A stretch of 64,000 nucleotides of DNA, from assembly GCA_029858505.1 (NCBI GenBank), contig JAOUEW010000004.1, positions 131,779 through 195,778 on the forward strand, in the 5' to 3' direction. The number at the start of each line of letters is the position of its first letter. The stretch's first letter is position 1. The notes under the pieces were generated by a model that saw only the letters and a program-made list of their open reading frames with translations, did no database searches and was not told the DNA's origin. This document shows, one piece after another, positions 1-14,533 of the stretch. The DNA comes from Deltaproteobacteria bacterium. Its GTDB lineage: Bacteria > SAR324 > JACQKK01. A program made the translations under genes and the position numbers.

Positions 1-219
1 GGCGGTGGCGGCCAAAAAATCCAGGGCGGTCATGTCATCCAGCGTCCAGGGAATGAACACGGCGTCCATCAGCCGTTCGGCCAGCACCAGCAGGGCTTCA
101 CGGCCGGTTTCGGTTTCCTCCACCATTTGCACCCCGGCCCGGCGCAGGGCCAGGGCCGTGCGGCGGCGGGCCAGCATGTCCGGCCCCGCCACCAGGGCCC
201 GGGGTTTTCCAGCGGTCAT
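1..219 (-). CDS. Partial (N-terminal ~73 aa only) receiver-like domain protein; remainder lies outside the window
   Basis: ATG at 219 overlaps the plsC stop (tcATGa); reverse-strand translation MTAGKPRALVAGPDMLARRRTALALRRAGVQMVEETETGREALLVLAERLMDAVFIPWTLDDMTALDFL resembles a CheY-like REC fold but lacks the N-terminal DD pair. Confidence 0.3.
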   Translation of the reverse strand, partial: MTAGKPRALVAGPDMLARRRTALALRRAGVQMVEETETGREALLVLAERLMDAVFIPWTLDDMTALDFLAATA

Positions 220-1001
220 GCCTTTTGCTCCGGAACTGGCCAGGTGACCCGGATTTCCTCCCACGTTTTGATCATATCCTCCCGCAGGGTTTCCATGAAG
301 GCCTTGGCTTCTGGGGCGGGCATGGGCTTGGGGTGGCGGGGGGGCATGATTTTCATCCGCACCACCCGGCGGCCCAGGGGGGCCGCCCGCCAAGCCGCCG
401 GCTGGGTCAGCAGCCGGGTGCCGTCCAGCACCACGGGAACCAGGGGAATGTTGTGCTCTTCCGATACCCGCAGGCTTCCCCGCCGGAAGACCCCAAATTT
501 TCCCTCCGGGTCCTTGGTGCGGGTGCCTTCGGGGAACACAATCAACCCCTGTTGGCGGAGAATCAGGTGGTCGGCCCAATCCTTCATCCGGTTGAGGGCT
601 TTGCGGTTGTCTTCCCGGTCCAACGATACGCAGCCCAACCGCCGCATCCAAAAGGTGAGCACGGGGATGTAAAACAGCTGCTTCTTAGCCACGAAAGCCA
701 CCGGGCGGGGGAGAGTGACCAGCAGGGGAATGTCTAAATTCGACTGATGGTTGGCCATCAACAGAAAGGGGCCGCTGGTGGGCAGGTTTTCCAGGCCCAG
801 AATTTCAATCCGGGTTCCCAAGTTGGCCATCAATTCTTTTCCCCACAGGTTAAAACGGTTTTCCAAGAACCGCCACACGGTCAGGTTCCCCCAGAACCAT
901 TCCATGGGGTACAAAAATGGGGCATAGAACACCATCAGGATAAAAATCTTCATGAACTGAAATCCCCCCAGCACGGTCATTTGTACGATGGTCCACATCA
1001 T
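216..1001 (-). CDS. plsC: 1-acyl-sn-glycerol-3-phosphate acyltransferase (PlsC/LPLAT family)
   Basis: 261 aa; acyltransferase motif I NHQSNLD (H-x4-D) and motif III FPEGTR present in the translation; N-terminal TM segment. Confidence 0.8.
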   Translation of the reverse strand: MMWTIVQMTVLGGFQFMKIFILMVFYAPFLYPMEWFWGNLTVWRFLENRFNLWGKELMANLGTRIEILGLENLPTSGPFLLMANHQSNLDIPLLVTLPRPVAFVAKKQLFYIPVLTFWMRRLGCVSLDREDNRKALNRMKDWADHLILRQQGLIVFPEGTRTKDPEGKFGVFRRGSLRVSEEHNIPLVPVVLDGTRLLTQPAAWRAAPLGRRVVRMKIMPPRHPKPMPAPEAKAFMETLREDMIKTWEEIRVTWPVPEQKA

Positions 1002-1059
1002 GCGGTATCCTGGCTTGCGCGGTGAAAGAGAAAAGGGTGTTGGGCCATTATTTCTTCCT

Positions 1060-1800
1060 TCAGTCTACATCATCTACGCCCCACGAGTCTGAATGCCGAT
1101 AGGTTTTCCAGGCCACGGGCAGCAGGGCCATGGCCCCCAGGGCCATGAACAACACCAGCAGCCGGGGGGTGAAAATATCCTCTGGGCGGCTGACCCGGCC
1201 CAACTCTTGCCCCGCCGTGACCAGCACCCAGGTGATGGGCAGCATGCCCACCATGGTTCCAACCATGAATACCCGGTATGGCAAGGGGGTGACCCCCATG
1301 GTCAGGTTCACCAGAAAAAACGGAACCACCGACACCATGCGAAGAAACAACAGAAACGACAACCCATGGCGAGACACCTGAAGGTTCACTTTGTCCAGGC
1401 GGGTTCCCATCCGCCGGGCCACCCACCCCCCAAATAAATACCGCGCGGAAAAAAAACCCAACGAGGCCCCGCCGGTGGCGGCCAGCACGCACAACACCAA
1501 CCCCCAAACCCACCCAAACAAAATTCCCGCCAGCATGGTCATGCCTGCCGCCAGCGGGGGGGGCAGGGCACAGGCCAGGGCGTACAACGAGAAAAATACC
1601 AGGCTAAACCCCCAGGGTTGGCGGTGATAGAGGTTGATGAGGCGCTCTTTTTGGGCCTCTAGGGCCTGATGGGTGACCAGGGCGGGAAGATCCAGCCCGT
1701 ACACCAGCAAAATTCCAGCGGCAATGGCCAGAGCCGCCACCACCCGGAGCAGGGGAACCCGGGCGCGGTCGGGGGAAAGATGGCGTGGGGCAGAGGTCAT
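1060..1800 (-). CDS. TVP38/TMEM64 (DedA-related, SNARE-associated) family membrane protein
   Basis: 246 aa, multiple TM helices, conserved G-rich stretch (GILFGWVWG...GASLGFFSARYLFG) typical of YdjX/TVP38 proteins; start overlaps the hsp20 stop (ATGA). Confidence 0.7.
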   Translation of the reverse strand: MTSAPRHLSPDRARVPLLRVVAALAIAAGILLVYGLDLPALVTHQALEAQKERLINLYHRQPWGFSLVFFSLYALACALPPPLAAGMTMLAGILFGWVWGLVLCVLAATGGASLGFFSARYLFGGWVARRMGTRLDKVNLQVSRHGLSFLLFLRMVSVVPFFLVNLTMGVTPLPYRVFMVGTMVGMLPITWVLVTAGQELGRVSRPEDIFTPRLLVLFMALGAMALLPVAWKTYRHSDSWGVDDVD

Positions 1801-2300
1801 GAGCCGGTGGTGGGGGTTTTTCCGGGAGTAGCCCGGCCCAACTTGATTTTCAGGTGCAGCACACCGTGTTCCAAGCGCTGTTCCATTCCCCGTAACAAGG
1901 TGCCTTCCGGCAGGGTAAACTGGCTGGCAAAAGGGCCAAAAGCCCGGTTACGTTCCTTTCCTTCGGGGTTTTGGATCTGAATGGGAACGGGTTTGTGACC
2001 TTCCACGGAGACCATCCGCCCCCCGGGGGAGGTGACCTGGATGGAGGAGGCCGGAACCCCTGGAACTTCCAAATCAATATACAGATATCGCCCCAACCGG
2101 TACAGATCGAAGGTGGGAGACCAGCCTTTTTCCCGCCCTTCCCGGCGTTCCAGATGGCGGCCCTTCTCGGCCAACTGCTGGATGGCGTCATCCAGGTGGA
2201 CTGCCTTTTGCATTATTTGGGATACATCGTCTGGCAAGTTACCAGCCAGATCGTGCTCAGACAGGGTGTTGGGCGTTGGAGGGGGGGTTGCTCTGGGCAT
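1797..2300 (-). CDS. Hsp20/alpha-crystallin family small heat-shock protein
   Basis: 167 aa; alpha-crystallin core (WSPTFDLY..YLYIDLEVPGV..IQVT..LHLKI) recognisable; 4-bp overlap with the downstream gene suggests an operon. Confidence 0.75.
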   Translation of the reverse strand: MPRATPPPTPNTLSEHDLAGNLPDDVSQIMQKAVHLDDAIQQLAEKGRHLERREGREKGWSPTFDLYRLGRYLYIDLEVPGVPASSIQVTSPGGRMVSVEGHKPVPIQIQNPEGKERNRAFGPFASQFTLPEGTLLRGMEQRLEHGVLHLKIKLGRATPGKTPTTGS

Positions 2301-2336
2301 GGGCGGCCCTGCCGTGAAAGAAACTGGAGCGGTGAA

Positions 2337-2363
2337 AATTGGTCTTCCTTAGAGAAACCAATT
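2337..2363. promoter_or_regulatory. Perfect 7-bp inverted repeat aattggt-N13-accaatt 37-63 nt upstream of the hsp20 start; candidate operator
   Basis: Seen directly in the sequence; not a CIRCE or HAIR consensus. Confidence 0.3.
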
Positions 2364-2535
2364 ACTTGCAAAGTCTGGTGAAAACGCATCTTTGGCAAAA
2401 CGGGTCAAAAGGCCCAACATGCAGTAAAATATCAATAGAACCATTGAAATTTGAACGTATCGAGAATATCTAACGTAAACCATTGTATTCAAAACCATCG
2501 TTTGTTTCAACGATCCCTTTGTTTACACAGCCTAC

Positions 2536-3120
2536 GTGAACCCGCTTATGTTTGCAAAAAAAACCATCTCTGTGTTGATGTCTTTCGCCCTGATCACCGC
2601 CATGATGGCGCCGCCGCTGTTGGCCCAAGAGGAAGACTTCTATGATTCGGATTCTCTGACCGAGGATGCCGATGGCGGGGATTACTCTTTTGAGCCCGCC
2701 GCCCAGGACCCCATGGGTGAGGGTTCCGAAGGGGGAGCTTACTCCGAAGAACTTCCCATGATGGCTCCCGATGAATTCGGCGATTCCACCGCTCCGCGGA
2801 AAAAATTCCGGCTGAAAATGGGGGCGGAACGAGATTTGGTTCCCCTGAACGCCGCCTGGGGGGCGGCCACGGGCCTGCTGCTGGGCAGCTGGCTGGCTTT
2901 GATTTCCAACAGCGACAGCCGAACGACCCAGCGGTCGGTGGGGCTGGGCATTGTGTTGGGGTCGGCCATGGGGGTTGCCGTGGGAATGCGCTCCATCATC
3001 CGACCGGACATTCAACCGGGAACCGCCATGGAAGATGAAGACAGTTCGGAAAATTCGTTTACCCCGCGGTTGGCCTTGGGAGACAACCAAGTGTCTGTGG
3101 GGGTGGGGTTCCAGTTTTAG
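2536..3120 (+). CDS. Hypothetical exported/membrane protein (signal peptide, acidic low-complexity region, two Gly-rich hydrophobic segments)
   Basis: 194-aa ORF with N-terminal hydrophobic leader ending AQEE; no recognisable catalytic motif. Confidence 0.45.
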   Translation: MNPLMFAKKTISVLMSFALITAMMAPPLLAQEEDFYDSDSLTEDADGGDYSFEPAAQDPMGEGSEGGAYSEELPMMAPDEFGDSTAPRKKFRLKMGAERDLVPLNAAWGAATGLLLGSWLALISNSDSRTTQRSVGLGIVLGSAMGVAVGMRSIIRPDIQPGTAMEDEDSSENSFTPRLALGDNQVSVGVGFQF

Positions 3121-3160
3121 TCATGGTTTTCAATCCAAGCGAGACCTTTGATTCATTAAT

Positions 3161-3270
3161 TTCCCCCTTCCCCCTTCCTCCAGGGAAGGGGGTTGATTTT
3201 AGGGGGAGGTTTCACCCCCCACTCCCCCCTTTCACGGCAAAAACCCTGGGGATGCAGAGGTTTTGGAGTT
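3161..3270 (+). repeat. Dispersed intergenic repeat family A, copy 1 (G/C-tract hairpin element)
   Basis: ~110 bp sharing ccttcc..gggaaggggg(t/a)tgatttta..gggg..cccc..ccccctttcacggcaaaaa(c/t)cc..g..t(g/a)(c/t)agaggttt with copies at 44375-44480 (same orientation) and 40425-40530 (reverse complement). Confidence 0.6.
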
Positions 3271-3317
3271 TTAAATCTGAGCTGGTTACTTTTTATTTAG
3301 GAATAAATATTTAGGGT

Positions 3318-3364
3318 AAAACAACAAAGCCCCCTTCGCTTGACTGCGAAGGGGGCTTTGTTGT
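3318..3364 (-). terminator. Intrinsic terminator of rpoC (perfect 19-bp stem acaacaaagcccccttcgc / gcgaagggggctttgttgt, 6-nt loop, T-rich tail on the minus strand)
   Basis: Perfect inverted repeat 24 nt downstream of the rpoC stop; A-tract/T-tract on both sides, so it may act bidirectionally. Confidence 0.8.
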
Positions 3365-3390
3365 TTAGGGGGTATAAGGGGGGCAGGCGC

Positions 3391-7575
<4,185 letters not shown>

Positions 7576-7945
7576 TCAATCTGTTTGGTGAATCCGTTTT
7601 GCAAATATGTTCTGTACATCTGTTCTTTTTACCTGCCTGTAAATTCCGCCTGTTTACTTTTTTCTGTTTTGCTTTCCGTGACGATCTCGTGTTTCGTTTA
7701 CCGCAGAAAGGCAAAGGCGGACTTCATTTTGCCCCCAGTGACGGGGGATACATCAACCAGCATTTCTTTCCGCCAACGCGGCTGGTTTTTCCTTGGCTGT
7801 ATCCCGATGCCCTTCCCCTCCCCGATTATCCATTGGCAAATTTTTGATCAAAACCACCGGTGATTCCATAGGGCCCAAATTCGGGATTTACCGGCAGAGA
7901 TCACCGGCTTCCTGTTCAAGTCAAATCCCAGGAGGACGGTTCCGA

Positions 7946-10900
7946 CTATTCAGCCTGGGGGGGCAATTCTTTCAGTAGCCGCACGTCGAGGCACAAGCTT
8001 TTCAGCTCGTTGGTCAGCACCTTGAAGGCTTCGGGGATGCCCGATTCCAACACGTAGTTGCCCTTCACGATGGCCTCGTAAATGCGGTTCCGGCCCATGA
8101 TGTCGTCGGACTTCACGGTGAGCAGTTCTTGCAGGGTATAGCTGGAACCGTAGGCCTGCAGGGCCCAAACCTCCATTTCCCCGAAGCGCTGCCCGCCGAA
8201 CTGGGCCTTGCCGCCCAGGGGCTGCTGGGTAACCAGCGAATAGGGCCCAATGGAGCGGGCGTGGATTTTGTCGTCGACCAAGTGGTGCAGTTTCAGCATG
8301 TAAATATAGCCCACGGTGACCTTCTGCTCGAAGGAGTCTCCGGTCAGGCCGTCATACAGGGTCACCTGGCCGTCTTCCGGCAGGCCCGCCAGCCGGAACA
8401 GGCGGTGCACGTCGTCTTCCCGGGCGCCGTCGAACACGGGCGTGGCCAGGGTAAACCCGGTGATGTAGCGCTGGGCAAAGGTCATCATCTGGTGGTCGTC
8501 CAGCGAATCCAGGTATTCGCTCACCATCTTCGAATCGTAAATATTTTTAATGAAGTCGCGAATTTTGTTCACCGGGTGGTTGCGGGCGATCATGTCGTCC
8601 AGCTGGCTGCCCAGGGCTTTGGCGGCCCAACCCAGGTGGGTTTCCAGCACCTGGCCCACGTTCATGCGGCTGGGCACCCCCAGGGGGTTCAGCACGATGT
8701 CCAGGGGGCGGCCGTCTTTCATGTAGGGCATGTTTTCCACCGGCTCGATGCGAGACACCACGCCCTTGTTGCCGTGGCGGCCGGCCATTTTGTCGCCCAC
8801 GGAAAGCTTGCGCTTGATGGCGATGTACACCTTGACCATCCGGATGACCCCAGGGGGCAGTTCATCGCCGCGCATCAGTTTGTCGCAGCGGTCCTGGTAA
8901 ATCGACTCCAGCAGGTCCATCTGGGTCAGGGCGTTGTTGATGATCTGGGTGATTTTGGGGTTAATCTTCTCGTCACCCACGGTCACGTCTTTCCAGCTTT
9001 TGTTGGGGATGTCTTCCAGCATGGCCGCGGTGATTTTGGCGCCAGCCTTGAACAACACCTCGTTCGAGTCGGGGCGCACCACGTCGTAGAGCAACTTGTT
9101 GCCCACCAGAATGTCGCGCACGATTTTGATCAGGTTGCTGCGAACGATACGGATTTCGTCGTTGTAGTCTTTTTCGTAGCGCGCCAACAGTTCTTCTTCG
9201 ATTTGGCGGGTACGGGCGTCTTTTTCAACCCCTTTGCGGTTGAAGATCACCACGTTGGTCACCACGCCTTCAATGCCTTGAGACACCCGCAGGGAGGTAT
9301 CGCGGACGTCTCCGGCTTTCTCGCCGAAAATGGCCCGCAGCAGTTTTTCTTCGGGGTTCAGCTGGGTTTCACCCTTGGGGGTCACCTTACCCACCAGCAC
9401 GTCGCCCGGCTTTACGTAAGTGCCGATGCGGACGATGCCGGAGTCGTCCAGGTTGCGCAGGGCTTCTTCGCTAACGTTGGGGATGTCGCGGGTGATGTCT
9501 TCTTTGCCCAGCTTGGTGTCGCGGGCCACCACTTCAAATTCTTCGATGTGGATGGAAGTGAACAGGTCCTCCCGCACCACCCGCTCGGAAATCAGGATGG
9601 AGTCTTCGAAGTTGTAGCCATTCCAGGGCATGAAGGCCACCAGCAGGTTTTGGCCCAGGGCCAACTCGCCTTGGTCGCAGGAGGGGCCGTCGGCGATGAT
9701 GTCGCCCTTTTCCACCCGCTGGCCCAGGTTCACGATGGGCCGCTGGTTGATGCAGGTATTCTGGTTCGAGCGGCGGTACTTGGCCAGGTGGTAGATATCC
9801 ACGTTGGCTGGCACCACCACTTCATCGGAAGACAAGTCCACGTCGGCCTGGATGACCACCCGGCCTGAATCAATGCGGTCCACCACGCCAGAGCGCTTGG
9901 AGGCCACCAGGGCGCCGGAGTCTTTGGCAATCCGGGCTTCCATGCCGGTGCCCACCAGGGGGGCCTGGGGGCGGATCAGCGGCACGGCTTGGCGCTGCAT
10001 GTTCGATCCCATCAGGGCGCGGTTGGCGTCGTCGTGCTCCAGGAAGGGAATGAGCGACGCGGCGGCGGACACGATTTGCTTGGGCGAGACGTCCATGAAC
10101 TCAATCTCGGCCCGGTTCATCATGGTGAACTCGCCGTGATGGCGGGAGGACACCAATTCGTTGGTTAAGTGGCCCTTGGCGTCGAAGGGGGCGTTGGCCT
10201 GGGCAATTTTGAACAGGTCTTCCTCGATGGCCGACAAAAACCGGATTTCATCGCTCACGTTGCCGTCCGCCACCTTGCGGTAGGGAGATTCGATAAATCC
10301 AAAGTCGTTGATGCGGGCATAGGTGGCCAGAGAGGCGATCAGGCCGATGTTCGGGCCTTCCGGGGTTTCCACCGGGCAAATGCGGCCGTAATGGGAAGAG
10401 TGCACGTCGCGCACGTCGAAGCCCGCCCGCTCCCGGGTTAAGCCGCCTGGCCCCAGGGCGCTGAGGCGCCGCTTGTGGGTGACTTCCGACAGGGGGTTGG
10501 TTTGGTCCATGAACTGCGACAACTGGGAAGACCCGAAGAACTCGTTGATGACCGCCGCCACCGGCTTGGCGTTCACGATGTCGTGCAGCATCATGGATTC
10601 GGTTTCTTGCAGGCTCATGCGTTCTTTCACGGCCCGCTCCATGCGCACCAGCCCAATGCGGAACTGGTTTTCCAGCAGCTCGCCCACCCCGCGAATGCGG
10701 CGGTTGCCCAGGTGGTCAATGTCGTCCACAAAGCCGTCTACCCCTTCTTTCAGGGTCAGCAGATAGCCCACCGTGCGCAGAATGTCTTCTTTGGTCAGCA
10801 CGGTGTTTTCCAGGGGTTCTTCCAGCCCCAGCTTCTTGTTGATTTTCAGGCGGCCCACTTTCGACAGGCTGTAACGGTCCTCGTTGAAGAACATGTTGAA

Positions 10901-12094
10901 CAGCAGCAGCTTGGCGGTTTCCAGGGTGGGGGGGTCGCCCGGCTTCAATTTTTTGTAAAACTCAATCAGCGCTTCCGAGGTGGTGCGGGTGGTGTCCAGG
11001 GCCAGGGTTTCCCGCAGGGAATGGCCGATGGTGGAGTCGCCGATGTACATCAGGTCAATGGTTTCTTTGCCCGCTTTCAATACCTGCTCCAGCCCGTCGG
11101 GGGTTACGGGGGTGTTGGCGGGAATAAGCACGTCGCCGTTCGGGGCGGTAATGGCCCGGATGGGGTAGCGCCCCAGGATGTCATCGGTGGTGATGGGAAT
11201 GTGGGTCAGGCCCGCCTGCTGAATTTTGCGCAGGGCCAGCCGGGTGATCTTGCGCTCGGCGTGGACCAACACCTCTTTCGAGGCCGGATCCACGATGTCG
11301 TTCTGGGCCCGCTGATTGATGGTGACGTCGGGGTGCACCAGTTTGCGGAAGGTGCGCTCGGCCGGGTCTTTGTTCAAAGCACCGGTCAGGTCAATGGTTT
11401 CGCCCTTGTAGTAACGGCCCAGAATGTCTTCTTCGCTTAAGCCCAGGGCCCGCAAAAACACCGTGGCGTGGAATTTCCGTTTGCGGTCAATCCGCACGAA
11501 CAGCAGGTCTTTGGTGTCAAACTCCAGGTCAATCCACGAACCCCGCTGGGGAATGATCCGGGCGGAATAAATGTGCTTGCCGGTGGTGGTCAGCCGAGAG
11601 CGGTCGAAGAACACCCCGGGGCTTTTGTGCATCTGGCTGACGATGACCCGCTCGGTTCCGTTGATGATGAAGGAACCGGTTTCGGTCATTAGGGGCAGTT
11701 CGCCCAAGTAGATGTCTTGCTCTTTAATATCGTGAATGTGCTTGGCATCGCCCTCGCCCTCTTTTTCCCACACGATCAACCGCAGAGAGACCCGCAGGGG
11801 GGCGGAGTAGGTCACCCCCCGGATGCGGCACTCGTCGACCGTGTATTGGGGGTCGCCCAGCCGGTAGTGCACATACTCCAGGGTAGAAGAGCCGGAAAAA
11901 TCGGAAATGGGGAAAATCGAGCGAAACACCGCCTCCAACCCCTCGTTTTTGCGCTGGTCGGGGGGCAATTCTTTCTGCAAGAAGCGGTCATAGCTGTCGA
12001 CCTGGATTTCCAGCAGGTTGGGGGGGTCTACCGGGGTTTGAATCTTACCGAAGGAGTGGCGGAACCGGGAGTTGGTGAGCGTGCTCTTCTGCAT
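7946..12094 (-). CDS. rpoB: DNA-directed RNA polymerase subunit beta
   Basis: 1382 aa; conserved RpoB blocks throughout (e.g. [15 protein letters not shown], rifampicin-cluster region [30 protein letters not shown]). Confidence 0.97.
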   Translation of the reverse strand: MQKSTLTNSRFRHSFGKIQTPVDPPNLLEIQVDSYDRFLQKELPPDQRKNEGLEAVFRSIFPISDFSGSSTLEYVHYRLGDPQYTVDECRIRGVTYSAPLRVSLRLIVWEKEGEGDAKHIHDIKEQDIYLGELPLMTETGSFIINGTERVIVSQMHKSPGVFFDRSRLTTTGKHIYSARIIPQRGSWIDLEFDTKDLLFVRIDRKRKFHATVFLRALGLSEEDILGRYYKGETIDLTGALNKDPAERTFRKLVHPDVTINQRAQNDIVDPASKEVLVHAERKITRLALRKIQQAGLTHIPITTDDILGRYPIRAITAPNGDVLIPANTPVTPDGLEQVLKAGKETIDLMYIGDSTIGHSLRETLALDTTRTTSEALIEFYKKLKPGDPPTLETAKLLLFNMFFNEDRYSLSKVGRLKINKKLGLEEPLENTVLTKEDILRTVGYLLTLKEGVDGFVDDIDHLGNRRIRGVGELLENQFRIGLVRMERAVKERMSLQETESMMLHDIVNAKPVAAVINEFFGSSQLSQFMDQTNPLSEVTHKRRLSALGPGGLTRERAGFDVRDVHSSHYGRICPVETPEGPNIGLIASLATYARINDFGFIESPYRKVADGNVSDEIRFLSAIEEDLFKIAQANAPFDAKGHLTNELVSSRHHGEFTMMNRAEIEFMDVSPKQIVSAAASLIPFLEHDDANRALMGSNMQRQAVPLIRPQAPLVGTGMEARIAKDSGALVASKRSGVVDRIDSGRVVIQADVDLSSDEVVVPANVDIYHLAKYRRSNQNTCINQRPIVNLGQRVEKGDIIADGPSCDQGELALGQNLLVAFMPWNGYNFEDSILISERVVREDLFTSIHIEEFEVVARDTKLGKEDITRDIPNVSEEALRNLDDSGIVRIGTYVKPGDVLVGKVTPKGETQLNPEEKLLRAIFGEKAGDVRDTSLRVSQGIEGVVTNVVIFNRKGVEKDARTRQIEEELLARYEKDYNDEIRIVRSNLIKIVRDILVGNKLLYDVVRPDSNEVLFKAGAKITAAMLEDIPNKSWKDVTVGDEKINPKITQIINNALTQMDLLESIYQDRCDKLMRGDELPPGVIRMVKVYIAIKRKLSVGDKMAGRHGNKGVVSRIEPVENMPYMKDGRPLDIVLNPLGVPSRMNVGQVLETHLGWAAKALGSQLDDMIARNHPVNKIRDFIKNIYDSKMVSEYLDSLDDHQMMTFAQRYITGFTLATPVFDGAREDDVHRLFRLAGLPEDGQVTLYDGLTGDSFEQKVTVGYIYMLKLHHLVDDKIHARSIGPYSLVTQQPLGGKAQFGGQRFGEMEVWALQAYGSSYTLQELLTVKSDDIMGRNRIYEAIVKGNYVLESGIPEAFKVLTNELKSLCLDVRLLKELPPQAE

Positions 12095-12137
12095 GGATCT
12101 CTTTCGGGCTGGCGGTGGCCCGGCGGCGGGCCGGGTG

Positions 12138-12184
12138 TCAGAAAAAAGAAAACTCCCGCGCCCGGAATGCTCCGGGCCGGGAGG
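12138..12184 (-). terminator. GC-rich hairpin plus U-tract inside the rpoB 5' leader (attenuator-like intrinsic terminator) ~45-90 nt upstream of the rpoB ATG
   Basis: Minus strand reads cctcccggcccgga-gcat-tccgggcgcgggag followed by ttttcttttttctg; no upstream minus-strand gene that it could terminate. Confidence 0.5.
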
Positions 12185-12588
12185 GGGGTTACCCCAAAAC
12201 GGTCCTGTTTTGAATCCTGTGGGCCCCTGCGTTGCGCAATGCCGGACCTCTTAGATTACGGGGACTGAAAGCTTCAAACCGAACATCAAACCGAAATTTA
12301 AGTACAGTTCAAGTGCAAATTGATTACAGATTAGTCAGCAGCAATCAAAGATCAGATTGGATACGGGAATTCATCCCCCCGAGGAATCCCCAGGAAATCC
12401 GGGCCGCGCCGGAACGTATTTTCTGCAATATTCCAGTTAACCAGAAAATCCCCAGAACGCAAGGATTATTTTTAGGGTTTTTTGAAGCCGGGCGAGAATT
12501 CGTCAGAATTTGGTGTTATCCGACGTTTTTTGCTAGTTTTAGCGAAAGGGGGATACATATTACCCCAAAATAATAATAGGAGAGCCCG

Positions 12589-13080
12589 ATGAAAACCAAG
12601 ATCATGCGATGGCCAGTGTTGGGTGTGGCGTTCGGAATAGGTCTGCTGATGGCCTGGGAGCCCCACCCCGCTGTGGCCATGGGGGAAGGGGAGGCCTTAG
12701 GAGGGCTGATTGAACTATCGTTTGATTTGTCCTCGACCACGACTGAAATCATGCTATGGAAAGACAAACAGGATGAAGAAAAAGAAAGGGATGAGAAAAA
12801 GAAGGGGGCGGAAACCCCCTCCGCCACCCAGCGGGAATACTTGAGACGAGAGGGAGAAAATCTGGCTCAGGAAGCCGCCCAGGGGGGCGGAGAGCGCTTG
12901 GTGGTGGTGGCCGAATGGATGGGCTGCCCGGCAAAAATTCACCCGGCGTTTTTCCGGGCAATACAGGCCAAGCAGCCGGGTCTGTTCTTTTCCGGCGCCA
13001 ACCCAGACGCCACCTGGGCGGGCATTCGTGAAACCGTGCGCCAAACCCCGGAACTGGCTGCCCGGTGCCAGGCGCCTTGA
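12589..13080 (+). CDS. Hypothetical secreted protein
   Basis: 163-aa ORF with N-terminal signal-like hydrophobic segment and a Lys/Glu-rich low-complexity stretch; plausible RBS (aggagag) upstream. Confidence 0.45.
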   Translation: MKTKIMRWPVLGVAFGIGLLMAWEPHPAVAMGEGEALGGLIELSFDLSSTTTEIMLWKDKQDEEKERDEKKKGAETPSATQREYLRREGENLAQEAAQGGGERLVVVAEWMGCPAKIHPAFFRAIQAKQPGLFFSGANPDATWAGIRETVRQTPELAARCQAP

Positions 13081-13220
13081 GTTGGAAGCGTATTGTGGAT
13101 GAATTGGCTGTAAGGTTTACTTAGGGGGCTTGCCGGGGGGGAGGGAAACAGCGTAGGTTTTTCTGGAACCCCTGTTTTTTTCCACTTCCTATCGTTTCTC
13201 CATCTTCCGGCCAAGATTCC

Positions 13221-14144
13221 ATGCAGGTCCATTCCTTCCGTCCTGTGTTCTTCCCCCGTCCGGCGGTGCTGACCCTGGGGAATTTCGACGGCATGCATCT
13301 GGGCCACCAAGCCTTGGCCCGGCGGGTGGCAGAGGAAGCCCATCGTCTGGGGGGGGTGTCTACCCTGGTGACCTTTCACCCCCACCCCCAAAACGTGCTG
13401 GGGGCCCACCCGGAGCCCCAGATTACCCCCCTGGCCATGCGGTTGAGTTTGCTGGGGCCCTTGGGGCTGGACCGGGCGGTGGTGATTGGCTTCAGCCGCG
13501 ACATGGCCCGGCTGACCCCCGCCGAGTTTATCGAGGAATATCTGCTGAAGCGCTTTCCTTTGGTGAAGCTGATCGTGGGGTACGACTTTGCCTTTGGGGC
13601 TGGGCGTCAGGGCACCCACTTTCGCCTGGAAGAGTTGGGCCGCCGCCATGGATTTGAGGTGGAGGTTTTCCCCGAAGTGCGGGTGGAGGGAGAAGTGGTG
13701 AAATCCACCGCCATCCGCAAGTTGTTGGAGGCCTGTCGCTTTCACGAGGCGGCCCGGCTGTTGGGCCGTCCGTTTTCCCTGGCGGCACCGGTGGCGCGGG
13801 GCGATGGCCGGGGCAGTCAGCTGGGCTTTCCCACTCTGAATCAGCCCCTGGAAGAACCCCTGCCCCTGCAAAAGGGGGTGTACGTAACCACGGTGCGGCT
13901 GGCGGGGCAGACCTATCCCGCCGTGAGCAACTATGGCCGCCGCCCCACCGTGGGGGGGCACCAACTGGTGATGGAATCTCACCTGCTGGATTTTGACCGA
14001 AAGGTGTACGGGGCCATGGCGGAAGTTACCCCCCACACCATGCTGCGAAGCGAGCAGGCCTTCCCCTCGTTGCAGGCCCTGGCCCAGCAAATTGACCAGG
14101 ACCGGCTCCAAGCCCGTGCTTGGCACCAGGCCCAAAGCCGCTGA
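13221..14144 (+). CDS. ribF: Bifunctional riboflavin kinase / FMN adenylyltransferase
   Basis: 307 aa; N-terminal nucleotidyltransferase motif GNFDGMHLGHQ, C-terminal riboflavin-kinase motifs (RGDGRGSQLGFPTLN, E.HLLDF). Confidence 0.9.
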   Translation: MQVHSFRPVFFPRPAVLTLGNFDGMHLGHQALARRVAEEAHRLGGVSTLVTFHPHPQNVLGAHPEPQITPLAMRLSLLGPLGLDRAVVIGFSRDMARLTPAEFIEEYLLKRFPLVKLIVGYDFAFGAGRQGTHFRLEELGRRHGFEVEVFPEVRVEGEVVKSTAIRKLLEACRFHEAARLLGRPFSLAAPVARGDGRGSQLGFPTLNQPLEEPLPLQKGVYVTTVRLAGQTYPAVSNYGRRPTVGGHQLVMESHLLDFDRKVYGAMAEVTPHTMLRSEQAFPSLQALAQQIDQDRLQARAWHQAQSR

Positions 14145-14533
14145 TCCATGATAGATAACGGGCGGATTGTGTTTCAGGGGATGCCCAACCATTGAGACGC
14201 CCCAAGACCCCCAGCGCCTCCTATTTTGTTCCCTAGATCAACCCTCGTTCTTGGGGGGGGCGCTGTCCAGTGGAGCAAAGCTCAGCCTTTTGCGCCAGTG
14301 GGTTGATTTTATTGGGCGAACCCCCACGCCATATTTTTCATAAGAAAAGTCCTGCCTTATGTGCCTGATGAAGTAGAATTCGCCCCCCTGATTCTCCCAT
14401 TCATTTCTTAATGTCTTGCTTTTTAACGCCCATTATAATATTGCAATGGTTAGCGGGGGTGGCTTTTTCCCCCGCAAGAAAGACCTGGCTTAAATAAGGG
14501 CCGGTATTTCAATTCAATCTCTAGGAGATCATC

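Noticed and set aside
12232-12573. 113-aa ORF in the rpoB/hypothetical divergent intergenic region
   Set aside because: Lies in the AT-rich promoter/leader region, has no RBS or family resemblance, and would overlap the leader hairpin; judged spurious
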